Counted from the whole stretch's first letter, positions 26,845 to 37,600 are shown. The stretch is 52,230 nucleotides of DNA, filler included, from Sphacelaria rigidula (GCA_964200075.2; 4 parts of 4 records of this genome joined end to end with filler, not necessarily neighbours in it), one strand, 5' to 3'. Notes: generated by a model not told the origin, from the sequence alone. Numbers and translations: made by a program.

Positions 26845-27486
26845 TCACGAGGTACCAGACACATTCAATTCAAACTTCACGTCGGTTTCCTTCTTTTTAG
26901 ATATCACATCATCCCCAGCGTCTACATCAAATGCTGACTCCACCCGTGCCGTCCGGCGTAGCCGCTTTGTGTCCCTTCTATTGGCGATGCTGCAGCCCGC
27001 GCTCCCGTTTCTGGTCGTGCTGCCGGAGCCGCCAAGGGCCATGCTGTCGCAGCTACTGGATCGCGCAGTAACTAGTTCGCTACTTGTTAACTTCTCATTA
27101 ACTCGCTCAGGCGCAATGGTCGTTTCCATTTCCACTTTCACGCGCGTTTCTTCTCCACCAGAAGAAACACTATTTGCTCCCGCCGCGCCGGGGGGCTGTC
27201 CCGAGGCGGCAGGCAACATGGCTGTAGAATTCGCACCCGGTCCCCTGGCACGAGTGGCACACGAGCTCCGGCGAGGATCAGCGTTACGACCACCATCCTT
27301 TGTCGTAGGACCGGCATCCGATGGATGGCTGGGTCTTTCACCTCGTCCATCAACACCGACGCTAGTGTCTTCTACGGCTAAGTCATCGTTCGGGCGGTTG
27401 TCCCCCCGGATCTGTCCTGCGGCATCAGACGCCATGGTCAAGCGATGTCCAGCTTGATGGCAGGTACTCCGGTGCTCCGGCACCCG
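26845..27486 (-). pseudogene. C-terminal low-complexity tail of the EsV-1-7 protein, in frame behind a single TAA
   Basis: ...TGT TCG TAA CGG GTG CCG...: same frame as 27487-29016; ~213 codons with RRDTKRLRR, VKVE and VKFE. Confidence 0.75.
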
Positions 27487-29016
27487 TTACGAACAGCGCT
27501 GAAAGGCACGTTCATTGCCGTGCACGAAGATCATCCCTACGCCGGCGTGTGTGGCGCAGAACTCCACCCTCCTGCTACCGGCTGCACCGAACGATGGTCG
27601 TGTAAAGCACCCCTCATAGCCGCACGCTGTGCGTCTTACATAGACCATGCCCGCTCGGGCGTCTGTGGCGCAGAAATCAGCCTTCCTGCTACCAGCTGCA
27701 CGGAACGATGAGTGCGTGAAGCAGCCCTCCTGGCTGTACCGCCTGCTCCTCACATCGATCATGCCCTCTCGGGCGTGTGTGGCGCAGTACTCAGCCTTCC
27801 TGCTACCGGCTGCACCGAACGATGAGTGCGTAGAGCAGCCCTCCTGGCTGCACCGCCTGCTTCTCACATTGATCATGCCCTCTCGGGCGTGTGTAGCGCA
27901 GAACTCCGCCTTCCTTCTACCGGCTGCACCGAAAGAAGGGACTTTGTAGCAGCTCTCCTCGCTGCACCAGTTGCTTGCCACACCCATCATGTCCACCCGG
28001 GCGTGTGTGGCGCAATACTCCGCCTTCCTGCTACCGGCTGAACCGAACGATGCTCGTTTGGAACATCCATCTTCTGCGCACATCATGCGTGCTACATGGA
28101 CCATGCCCGCTCGGGCATGTGTGGCGCAGTACTCAGCCTTCCTGCTACCGGCCGCACCGAACGGTGGCTGCGTGGAGCAGCCCTCCTGGCTGCCCCACCT
28201 GCTTCTCACATTGATCATGCCCTCCTGGGCGTGTGTAGCGCAGAACTCCGCCTTCCTGATACCGGCTGCACCGAACAAAGGGGATTTGTAGCAGCTCTCT
28301 CGTGCGCACCGCTTGTTTACCAAATTGACCATGCCCGCTCGGTCGTCCGTGGCGCAGCACTCAACCTTGCTGGTACCGGCTGCACCGAACGATGAGTGCG
28401 TGGAGCAGCCCTCCTGGCTGCACCGCCTGCTTCTCACGTTGATCATGGCCTCTCGGGCGTGTGTAGCGCAGTATTCTCTCTTCCTGCCACCGGCTGCACC
28501 GAACGAAGGGGTTTTGTAGCAGCGCTCCTCACTGCACCGCTTGCTTGCCACATCGATCATGCCCGCTCTGGCATGTGTGGCGCAGAACTCCGTCTTCCTG
28601 CCAACGGGTGCACCGAACGAAGGGTATTTGTAGCAGCCCTCCTCGCCGCACGTAGTGCGTACTACATTCACCATGTCCGGCTGGGCGTGTGCGGCGCAGA
28701 ACTTCGCCTTCCTGCTACTGGCTGCACCAAACGATGGGTATGTGGAGCAGCCCTCCTCGCTGCAGCGCTTATTCACCACATTGACCATGTCTGCTCGAGC
28801 GTGTGTGGCGCAGAACTTCGCCTTCCTGCCACCAGCTGCACCGAACGATGGGTATTTGGAACAGTCCTCCTCTACGCACCGCTTTTTCTTCACGTCAACC
28901 ATGCCCACTCGAGCGTGTGTGCCGCAGAACTGCGCCTTCCTGCCACTGGCTGCACCGAACAACGCTCGTTTAGAACAGCCCTCTTGTACGCACCGCTTGT
29001 TCTTTACGTCAACCAT
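27487..29016 (-). CDS. EsV-1-7 cysteine-rich repeat protein (13 full 38-aa repeats); possibly a pseudogenising allele
   Basis: 114-bp/38-aa tandem units MVNVxxKRCxxEGCSKxPSFGAAGxRKAEFCATHARxG match the EsV-1-7 motif; no introns in the array. Confidence 0.9.
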   Translation of the reverse strand: MVDVKNKRCVQEGCSKRALFGAASGRKAQFCGTHARVGMVDVKKKRCVEEDCSKYPSFGAAGGRKAKFCATHARADMVNVVNKRCSEEGCSTYPSFGAASSRKAKFCAAHAQPDMVNVVRTTCGEEGCYKYPSFGAPVGRKTEFCATHARAGMIDVASKRCSEERCYKTPSFGAAGGRKREYCATHAREAMINVRSRRCSQEGCSTHSSFGAAGTSKVECCATDDRAGMVNLVNKRCARESCYKSPLFGAAGIRKAEFCATHAQEGMINVRSRWGSQEGCSTQPPFGAAGSRKAEYCATHARAGMVHVARMMCAEDGCSKRASFGSAGSRKAEYCATHARVDMMGVASNWCSEESCYKVPSFGAAGRRKAEFCATHAREGMINVRSRRCSQEGCSTHSSFGAAGSRKAEYCATHAREGMIDVRSRRYSQEGCFTHSSFRAAGSRKADFCATDARAGMVYVRRTACGYEGCFTRPSFGAAGSRRVEFCATHAGVGMIFVHGNERAFQRCS

Positions 29017-29440
29017 GCCCGCTCGAGCGTGTGTGACGCAGAACTCGGCCTTCCTGCCACTGGCTGCACCAAACGATGCTCACATAAAGCACCTTGTTTC
29101 GCCGCACCGCATGCCTCCTATATCGACAAGGCCCGCTCGGGCGCGTGTAGCACAGTACCCCGTCTTCATCCCCCGTCTGCACAAAACAACAGGTATGTGA
29201 AACGGCCCTCCTCCTGCACCGGTTGCTTACCACGCAGCCTGGGCACGCTCGGGCGTGTGAGGCGCAGAGTTCCGCTCTCCTGCACCCGGCTAGACCGAGC
29301 GGAGGGAACTCGGAGCACCCCTTCTCGCACACCCGCCTGCTTACTTTGTCGACCCTTCTCGCCCACGTGTATACGGCGTAGTATCCCGTCTTGTCCCTAC
29401 TCGCTACGACAGATGATGCCGCTGTGGTTTAATCCGTGCG
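29017..29440 (-). pseudogene. Decayed upstream EsV-1-7 repeats
   Basis: In-frame TGA at 29080-29082 (CFM*ASFG vs CSKRASFG); frameshifted CEKGCSEFPPLG...ELCASHARA further upstream. Confidence 0.75.
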
Positions 29441-29952
29441 GGTGCATCAAATGGGCATCCCTTCCACGACAATACTAGAGAAAGGGATCGAGGCTGCGGT
29501 AGTCTCACTGCGGCTGCCGCAATTCACACCGTCTCCAATCCGTCCAAGGGGACAAACGCATTATTCCAGCAGCAGCCTCCAACAAACAACCACTAAAGAT
29601 AACATTAGGCCCTGCTCGTGTGAAAGGTAGGTGGGCTGTCAATATCATTTTTTTGTGGTCGCAATCAGGCACCTGGACTAGCGTTGACGGAGAAGGTAAC
29701 CGTGGCGTCGCCAGGTAACGAGGATTGCTGCTCCGGCACCGTCGCTCCAGGGGGGGTGCGCTTCGTTTATAATAAGCGAAGTGTCGATACTATTATTGCC
29801 GCGCGTCGGGACGACCGAAGACAGGAAAGCATGTTCAACTCTGAACATGCACAGCGATCAAGAGTGCCGAGATTGTTTGCATGGTTCTTTCACCCATCAC
29901 ATTTACTCAAAACATGACGCGCTAACGGCCACCCTGCTCTGTGCACCTCACT

Positions 29953-30141
29953 TTTGGGGGGGGGGAGGGGGGTCGTACTCATGATCATGCATGCCACAGT
30001 CATAAGACCATTGACCTCGCATCCGTACAAAGCCGGGACGGAGCACGCCGGGTTTTCGCCGGACCAGGGGGGGGGGCGTACTCATTCGTTGCTTGCCTTG
30101 ATCGTTTGGCCATTGACCACGCATCCCTTTCGAGACGGAGC
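29953..30141 (+). repeat. Longest copy of the bipartite GGGG-TACTCAT/GACGGAGC family
   Basis: Two related submodules, each G-run-CGTACTCAT...CCATTGACC.CGCATCC...GACGGAGC. Confidence 0.8.
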
Positions 30142-30239
30142 ATTCGGCACCTCATATTGGGGGGATACAAACGATCGACACCCACTTCATGTCGGTGACA
30201 TCACTCAGCAATAAACGTTTGGCGCCAAAAGTTCATACT

Positions 30240-33031
30240 AGCGAGATGATATAGCCGTGTGCAGCATACGCCGATTCATCACGTGTTTAGGATACCGTCA
30301 TGCGCCGTTGGGAGATAGCACCCCATCCTGTGTGAATAGGCGAAATGTGCGGAACACTGGATGTGGTGGCTATCGACATTGACCCGAGAGTTACGCATGC
30401 CACTGCACCCACAATACGGCCCTCGCCAGGCGGCATTACAACAGCAAGCTGTGCTCACATCATTCGCTTCTGTCGCCACCTGCATCGGAAAACTACATAC
30501 CTCCGAGCGAGGGATGTGTGGGGAATACACCCGTGTTTGATATTGATGCTACACTGCGGCGGTTGATTTCGATGGACATTTTCGCACCCGCGCTGATAGC
30601 TCCACCAAGGTAGATGCACGTCCCTGTCTGCTTATACTGTTGATCGGCAGCTTTGAAGTTCAAGGCGGTCACCGTGGGACTAGGTACTGACCAGAGGCGC
30701 ATTGGACACTACCTCGCTCTCGGAGACCTTTAGGCCGAATTCTTGGTAGGTCATCACTATCACGGCCATCAGTCGAGCAAGGCCGTCTGACGTCTTCGAG
30801 GCTGTGCCGGCGTCGTCCGCATGAAGCATCGCCCACACCGCGCGTCGAATCGGTTTTAGCGATGTCTCTTGCACGGCTTCACCACGGTCACATTTTGGCG
30901 CATCATCTAAAACGACTGAGTGTAAGATGATAACTGGGTGCGCCGCAAACCGCTGAACGATCATCTTCACCAATCTTGCTTCCAAAATGTTGAACATTAG
31001 AGGGGACGAAACGCAACCTTGTCTGAAGCTCTGGCAGACATGAAACCACGCTGATAGTTCGCCACTATCTAGCTGTACCCGAGCTCGCATGCTGCCGTAA
31101 AACATTGGAATGATCGTGATAATTGGCGACGGAACTCGGGACCGAGCAAGCACTTCCCACAGGAGCGTGCGGTCTACGGAATCGTAAGCTTTCTGCAGAT
31201 AGATAAAGCACATGTTCATTGGGACATTGTTCGTCCGTCCCAACTCCTGAGATTGACATACTACGAACATCATGTCTGTGGTCGAGCTTTGGCGCCAAAG
31301 GCCGCATCGTTCTTCGGAGAAGACATCGTTTTCCTCACAAACACTACTTAGCCTGTTGGCCACGATTATGACTGGAACTTTAGCAGTATATGACACAAGG
31401 GAAAAAAATCCCTTTGGAGTTACCACACTCGGTCCTATTCTGTGTTTGTGTAGCACTTTGATGAGGACATGTTTCCATTCTTGCGGCACCTCGCCAGATC
31501 TCCAAACCGCTGAGACGATGCTGTGGAAGTGGTAGAGAATCTTCGACGCCTCCTCGTTCAGTCCAAGCTTCTGGAGTTTAGCAGGAACACCATCCGGACC
31601 GGTTGCTTTGCCGTTCGACACAGCTCTTAGAGCCTCCTCAGTTTCAATTGGACTTGGCGCGTCTCCTATTCATAGCTCTATTGGTCGTTAAGCAATCATC
31701 TTGATGGCGGTTTGGTCGATATTCGCCGAGATGGCGTTCAGCACTGTGGAGAAGTACCGACCCCGTCTCCCACTGATCAAACCTTTGTCCCGCAGTGAAT
31801 TGCCGTCCTCATCTTGAATGTACCGCTCACTCTCGACTGGTCGTCCAGACAGTCTCCACCCTCTATTGAGATGTCTGTACCATTCTCCCATGCCCTCCAC
31901 TCGAGTATGTGTTGTCGTCTTATCTATTGTGGGCACCGGTCTACACCTTTCGATATAATGTGTGGGCGCACGAGTCGGGATCACACAGAACGCAGGTTAG
32001 CACAGGATGTTTTTTGTTTTATACGCCGCAATCCTTCTACGGTGCTTCCCTTTATTTTTTATCGCGAGAGGCGTTCAGCAGTCCCTTTCCATGGTTTAGT
32101 CGTTCTTGTGTACCCACGGCATAGTCGCGCTCCACTGTTGGGCATCGTGTGAGAAACAATCCCGGACCGCACCGATATTCGAAATCACGACCCAACCGTC
32201 ACAAGGTTTCGACATTACTAACTGAGCCACCGGGGCGACCGGCGAGCGACATGTAGCGGGTATACCCCTCTAGTTCTCCAGCATACACATCCAAAAAATA
32301 TATCTACCTAAACTTGGATCACCTCTTTGATTTTATTCATGCTGCTCGTGATGTGCGCTATGCGGGTTTATCTCGAGAAAGTCCCAGTTTCACCGTTGAT
32401 CTCGCCCATTTTCCTCTACACCCAGGCCTGTTCGAATTCGGTTCTGACTTCAGCATCCTCGAACCACCCCCGGTAAATGTGGCTGTCGGGTCAAAGGGGA
32501 TACCCCCTTCTCCGCGGCGCTCAAGAGTACGTCGACCAAGGTCGTAGCCAGCGAACTGATTCCATCACCAGATATACTCCGTTTGATCTCGCCGACGAGT
32601 AGCTGGGTTAGAGTCTGACGTCTGTGGGGGTCAGATACTATTGCCTGTCTTTCGATCGGTCTACCCCCAATTGGGATTGATCTAGGTCTGTCGTGTGCGA
32701 AGCGACCAAGCAGCCGCACTGAGGCGCACACGATGTGGTGGTCAAAGTCCGGCGATATGGGGAGTTGAGAGTGGACGGTAACATTGCGAACAAGGCTGCA
32801 GTAATCTCGCCGTGTGAGAGTATAGTCAATGTGTTTCTTGTCCACGGGGCGATTCGCAACACCGTGGGACGTAGGCGAGGTCCTTTTCTTGGTGATGAAA
32901 ACAAACGTGTTGACCAGGGGAAGCTTATGATCGCCCGCGAAGTGCATTTAAAATTGCCCGCGTGGGACCCGAGAGACATACCACGGTAGTTGCCGCATTC
33001 GTGCGGGTCCTGTTTCTTGAAAAGCGCCTTG
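30240..33031 (-). mobile_element. Degenerate RTE-type LINE (APE endonuclease C-terminus + RT), SINE-interrupted, with a second RT fragment fused upstream
   Basis: KATGPDG, GEVPQEWK, KAYDSV, RQGCVSSP, LHADD in 30680-31621; HIDY...DHH in 32450-32947; KKQDPHECGNYRGMSL at ~32970-33030. Confidence 0.9.
31905..32243 (-). mobile_element. tRNA-derived SINE inserted in the LINE
   Basis: Homologous to 15146-15526; head GCCGGTCGCCCCGGTGGCTCAGTT. Confidence 0.85.
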
Positions 33032-33281
33032 GACACCCCCTAGGATACCCCCGTCTGACACCCAGCCCAAACCTCTCACGAAGGAAATGATCGTACTGCG
33101 CCTGATGTTTGGTTTCAGACCGCGTGAAGCGCCTCATATGGGCGACGTTGGCAAAAAACAAACCCAAGCGCGGCAATTCCCATACCTTGTTGAGCTCGGC
33201 TTATTTTATTTCAATCAATGTCCAGATTTTTTCTCCCTGAACTAGCCATAGTTTCACGGGGGGGCTGTCGTAGAAAGTGTC
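33032..33281. mobile_element. MITE with GACAC...GTGTC ends and 4-bp TSD (CTTG)
   Basis: cttg|GACAC...TAGAAAGTGTC|cttg; interior matches 34222-34464. Confidence 0.75.
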
Positions 33282-33288
33282 CTTGATG

Positions 33289-33538
33289 GACTGCTGCCGA
33301 GATAGCCCCCCCCCGAACCGGCCAAAAAAGTGCACGAAGGCAATGATCATAAATGCCGTTAGAGCTGGTTTGGTGCTGCACGACGCGACTCATTTGGGCA
33401 TTATAGCTGGTTTTGGGATTGCTACAGGCCTCCCGCGTGGGCGAAATTGCTGCAAACGAGCCCAGTAATGAGATCGCAGCCGGTTTGTCCGCCGGTCTCC
33501 GGTGCACTTTTTGTGGGGGGGCTATCTCGGCATGAGTC
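33289..33538. mobile_element. Related MITE with TGCCGAGATAGCCCCCCC inverted repeats
   Basis: 33295-33312 mirrored at 33515-33532; GAC...GTC ends; no TSD seen. Confidence 0.7.
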
Positions 33539-33699
33539 TTCTGATCCGAATGTTTGCTGTTTTTTTATCTTGAATCAAACCTCATCATAGGTGGGTAACT
33601 TTGGGAATACCTCGGTATTTCCTCTACCCGAGTTTGAGTATCGTGCGTACGGACTTGAATATTGAAGTTGAAGTTATAGGTTTTCGGCACATCAGATAA

Positions 33700-34095
33700 T
33701 CTACTCGACGTTTGAGTAGGTCGAGTACGACCTCAAATACTCTACTCAAAGTTTGAGTAGATCGAGTACGGCCTCCGATACTCTACTCAGAATTTGAGTA
33801 GGTCGAGTATGGTCTCCAATACTCTGCTCGAATTTTGAGTAGATCGAGTACGACCTCAAATACTCTACTCAAGTTTTGAGTGAGTACTCTCAGTAATACT
33901 CAAGTATAGAGTATCACTTGAGTATGACCTCAATACTCTACTCAAAATTTGAGTAGATCGAGTACGGCCTCAAATTAAATACTCTACTCAAAATTTGAGT
34001 AGGTCGGGTATGGTGTCCAATACTCTACTCAAATTTTGAGTACTAAAAGTATGACTCTTCAAAAATACTGAGTATTGAGTATACTCTACTCGACC
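33700..34095. repeat. ~39-bp minisatellite with palindromic core
   Basis: ~9 units of AATACTCTACTCAAAATTTGAGTAGGTCGAGTACGACCTCA. Confidence 0.85.
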
Positions 34096-34221
34096 TTATT
34101 ATTATTGTTATATTATTATTATATCCATCACATTAGCTCGATCCCTCGAACCCGTGGTCGACCTACCCTTGCAATATTATCCCCCCTGGCGGCACATGGG
34201 GAATTGGATTTGTGCTGGTAA

Positions 34222-34464
34222 GATACTTTCTACGATAGCCCCCCCAAAAAACCAGCTAAAAGTGTCACGAAAAAAATGACCATACAGCGCCTGATGTTCG
34301 NNNNNNNNNNGTTCAGGCTGCATGAAGCGCCTCATATTGGCGACATTGGCTAGAACGAACCCAAGCGTGGGAATTCCCAGCTTCTCGTTGTGCTCGATTT
34401 ACGTGAAGATTTTGCCTCCCAAAAAGATGCACTCTTGGGGGGGGGGGCTATCGTAGAAAGTGTC
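34222..34464. mobile_element. MITE with ~24-bp TIR and 4-bp TSD (GTAA)
   Basis: gtaa|GATACTTTCTACGATAGCCCCCCC...GGGGGGGCTATCGTAGAAAGTGTC|gtaa. Confidence 0.8.
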
Positions 34465-37005
34465 GTAACATCATACCAATCTCTCGAGCCATTGGGAACC
34501 GCCGAACGAGGACACACAATGGACACGGACGAGGAGCTGCCTCTCCACCGTTGCTCCTCCGGTGGTATCGCCATCGACACGCGTGTACACCGCAGTCGTT
34601 CCATGAACCTATCCACACCTGCTGAACTGCTACAGATTTTTGTGGGTAAAAGATGCTTTCCCTTGTTGTAGCTGTTTGGCACGATTCCTGCAAAAACGTT
34701 ATGCCGTTTGAACCTCATTTTTGTGTTCAACCCCATTTTTGAGAATCGCGATTGCTAGTTATTTGTTTGCCATAAGAACCGGCCTGTGATGCCGAGTGGT
34801 GACGGCCCCACCGACGAAACAGGAGTCGGCACAGCACGTGTGCGTATGTACGTTATATCGCCCGCGGCGATCCCAAAGGCACGACTCATGGACCACCCCA
34901 GCAAAAAAGTCATGCACATCTTTGTAGCGGCTTTTCAATCGGCGGGCGACGGTGAACTTCCCATGAAATGGTTCGGGGGAAGATGACTCCAAGAATAAAT
35001 GCGGCGCAATTACTGCCCGCGCTCATTTTGGATACCAGCCTACGCGTGGCTCTGATTCGGTGGTTTTGCACCGTGTCCTACTTATCCCATCACCTCCGCA
35101 CTTAGATGACAATGTCTCGATGCACACAGCAACTGCAGAGAAAAATCGAGTTGCTCTGTGTAGCTACGACGCGTACCTACCAGTCCTGTATCTGTTCTGG
35201 CTCCGAAGACCCTTGCTGATGAAAATCGTGAGGTAAGGTGAAGCTCATCTCTTCGTTGAAACTTTGCACTATCCCAAAAGGTGATTGATGAAATTTCATG
35301 TTGGTTAATAGTAGCACGTTTTATCAGCTTCCTGCTTCATGTGCAGTGCGATTCATCCTTGTTGATCGCGTGTCTGTCGATCATGCTGAATAATGGCTTG
35401 TACAGATATCGCTAAATGTTGCGGAGGGTTATCCCTCGTTTGTGTGCTGCTGTACTGGGTGGAATTGAAGTGGACTTCGATGGAGGCTTAGCTTCGAATA
35501 CCCATTATCACTATACGTCACTATCGCTGTCATTGTTGTACCTTGACAACTTATATTGCTCCGTCGGCTCCCGTTCTTGGGGTGGTGGTGAACAACGTGA
35601 TGGTTTTCCTCGAGTGGTCGATCGCGGGTCGAACGGGCATATTGGAAAATGACATCTTCGGGCGTACCAAGAGCAACGCGTGAATAAGCTGCTTCGAGAG
35701 AGGTATCCATCGCTGGGTTGTGCGCTGTACGGTATGTACTTGAGCCAATCGTTCCAAGGACATACATTCAGACACATACTACAACTTTGTACCGGAACCG
35801 TTTCGATTCCGTGATCTATACACTTCTTTGGCTCTGTCGCGCGTTTGTTCTTGGGGGTGGTGATGAAAAACGTGACACTAAACTGGGTGCAGCAGCGGTT
35901 CACCAGGGTGCCTTGGGTACACACAGAATTTTCCCGTCGATTTCCCCGCGTGATTTTGAGCTTGTGAACCGAGGTGATCATGAGGTTGCGGACCGTCATA
36001 ATAATCATGGCCATTGCCACAATATCATTCTCATATTTTTCTTTCGGGGCCTCAGTTATGCGGGCTGATGGTACCGTAGCGTATCTGTACCAAGATGAGC
36101 GGAATACGTCCGTAACCCCCGCATGCACTTGACAGGACCATCTGCACTGCCTGTCTTTGTACTGTTGACTGCCGTCCTGACTGTACACCTAGCTTGGCGT
36201 GCAAGTAGGTGGAAGACAATTGGAAGATAATTGCAAGTGAAAGGGGTTGTCCAGCTAATTACTACGGCTGGTGCTGGTCCCGGTGACGACGAACCGTCGT
36301 CGAACACGAAATACGTTGCCCTCACGAAACTACATTCAACAGTAACGGTGCTTTCGTGATATTGGCCGCGATCAAGCACGACAGCTCGCGAAGGAAGATC
36401 AAGACGGGGGCGGAAGTCCCTTCAGAACAGCAGCAGCAGAAGCAGCAGCAGCTATTGCCAGTGAGCATCATGTGGTGAGTGCTGTGTTCATGTATGGGCG
36501 AGGAGGGACGAGGAGGCACGGGAGTTGCCACGGAAAGCAAACGTAGGGGATGGCGATTACCGCGCACACCCCCAACCGTCGAATGCAAAAACAGGAAACA
36601 ACAAACGTGCTTCCACACCACACCTGTTCCGAAATCGCACTTCCGAAGAGTCATACCCGTGAACCGGGGAATTCATGTCTCGGCGAGCTCATGGTCTCAA
36701 CTGTCGAGAGAGTTTCCCATGTGGAGCACGTGAGGCACACGACTTGAACATGGATTGGTCTTGCAAGGTCGCCAAACACGCGTGGTCATCAGTTAATGTA
36801 CCACGTAAAATCATAGTCAGCGTCGATGAAGAATGTTCAACAGTTCTTTTTGTGAGAGTAGAGTAGTACTTGTACTACAGTGCAACAGCAAGATCGTCTG
36901 TGTAATACCACACCATGGACAATAAGAGACGACTGCTTGACTACAGACTTATCACCAGAGTATGATAAAACATTGCGGCCAACGAAAGCCCCGAGAATGT
37001 GTTGA

Positions 37006-37103
37006 CCCTTAGACCGCGAGATTAGTCTTTCTGGACCATGCATACTTTTTTTCACTTGCAATTGATGCCGATTCAACAGAAGACTAACCTCGCGGTCTAA
37101 GGG
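37006..37103. mobile_element. 98-bp piggyBac-type MITE, solo copy
   Basis: TTGA|CCCTTAGACCGCGAG...CTCGCGGTCTAAGGG|TTAA; nearly identical to 25874-25971. Confidence 0.9.
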
Positions 37104-37269
37104 TTAATTTTCACCGTCAGTCACGCGTGACTGGCATCGCTGTCCATCAATAGGCTCTGAATCGCAGACAAGGGCACTGCGCAAAGGTGTTCGTCGCAAA
37201 AGGCTGTGATTCGCGTGCAGCAATGCCCCTTGGTAGTCACAGTACGACCTGAATCGCGTCCATCACTAC

Positions 37270-37600
37270 TGTTGTGCCAGTTCGGAGAAACGATTATCTG
37301 GGACATGGGAGTCTTTTTCATCCTCGGAAGTACTATTGCGGTCGGTGTGTCGAGGACCCAGCGCAATGTATTGCTGTCCACTACTGAGGTGGAGTACGTC
37401 GCAGCTAATGGGGTGGCAAAGGATATGCTGTCCGTGCGGGGGATCAATGGGTTCTGGCGGCCACTTAAACCTCTGAATTGCGGCCATCATGTCTACAGCT
37501 GGCCACAATAATGGCAACCGAACGTGTCCATCAATAGCCAGCCGTTGATCCATCATCCAAAGATGCACATTTGACAAGAGTTGATGTGGGGCGAAAGTGT
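37270..37600 (+). mobile_element. Ty1/Copia RT-RNaseH remnant
   Basis: SRTQRNVLLSTTEVEYVA matches the Copia SxxQxxVxLSTxEAEYVA motif. Confidence 0.8.

Noticed and set aside
26845-29440. Endogenous phaeovirus insertion
   Set aside because: No other viral genes or gene-dense block nearby; EsV-1-7 genes are a resident brown-algal family
27445-29478. Many long + strand ORFs (e.g. 28396-29478, 28655-29200, 26831-27457)
   Set aside because: Antisense shadows of the GC-rich EsV-1-7 repeat and tail
33700-34095. CRISPR-like regular palindromic repeats
   Set aside because: No unique spacers, no cas genes, eukaryotic context; it is a minisatellite
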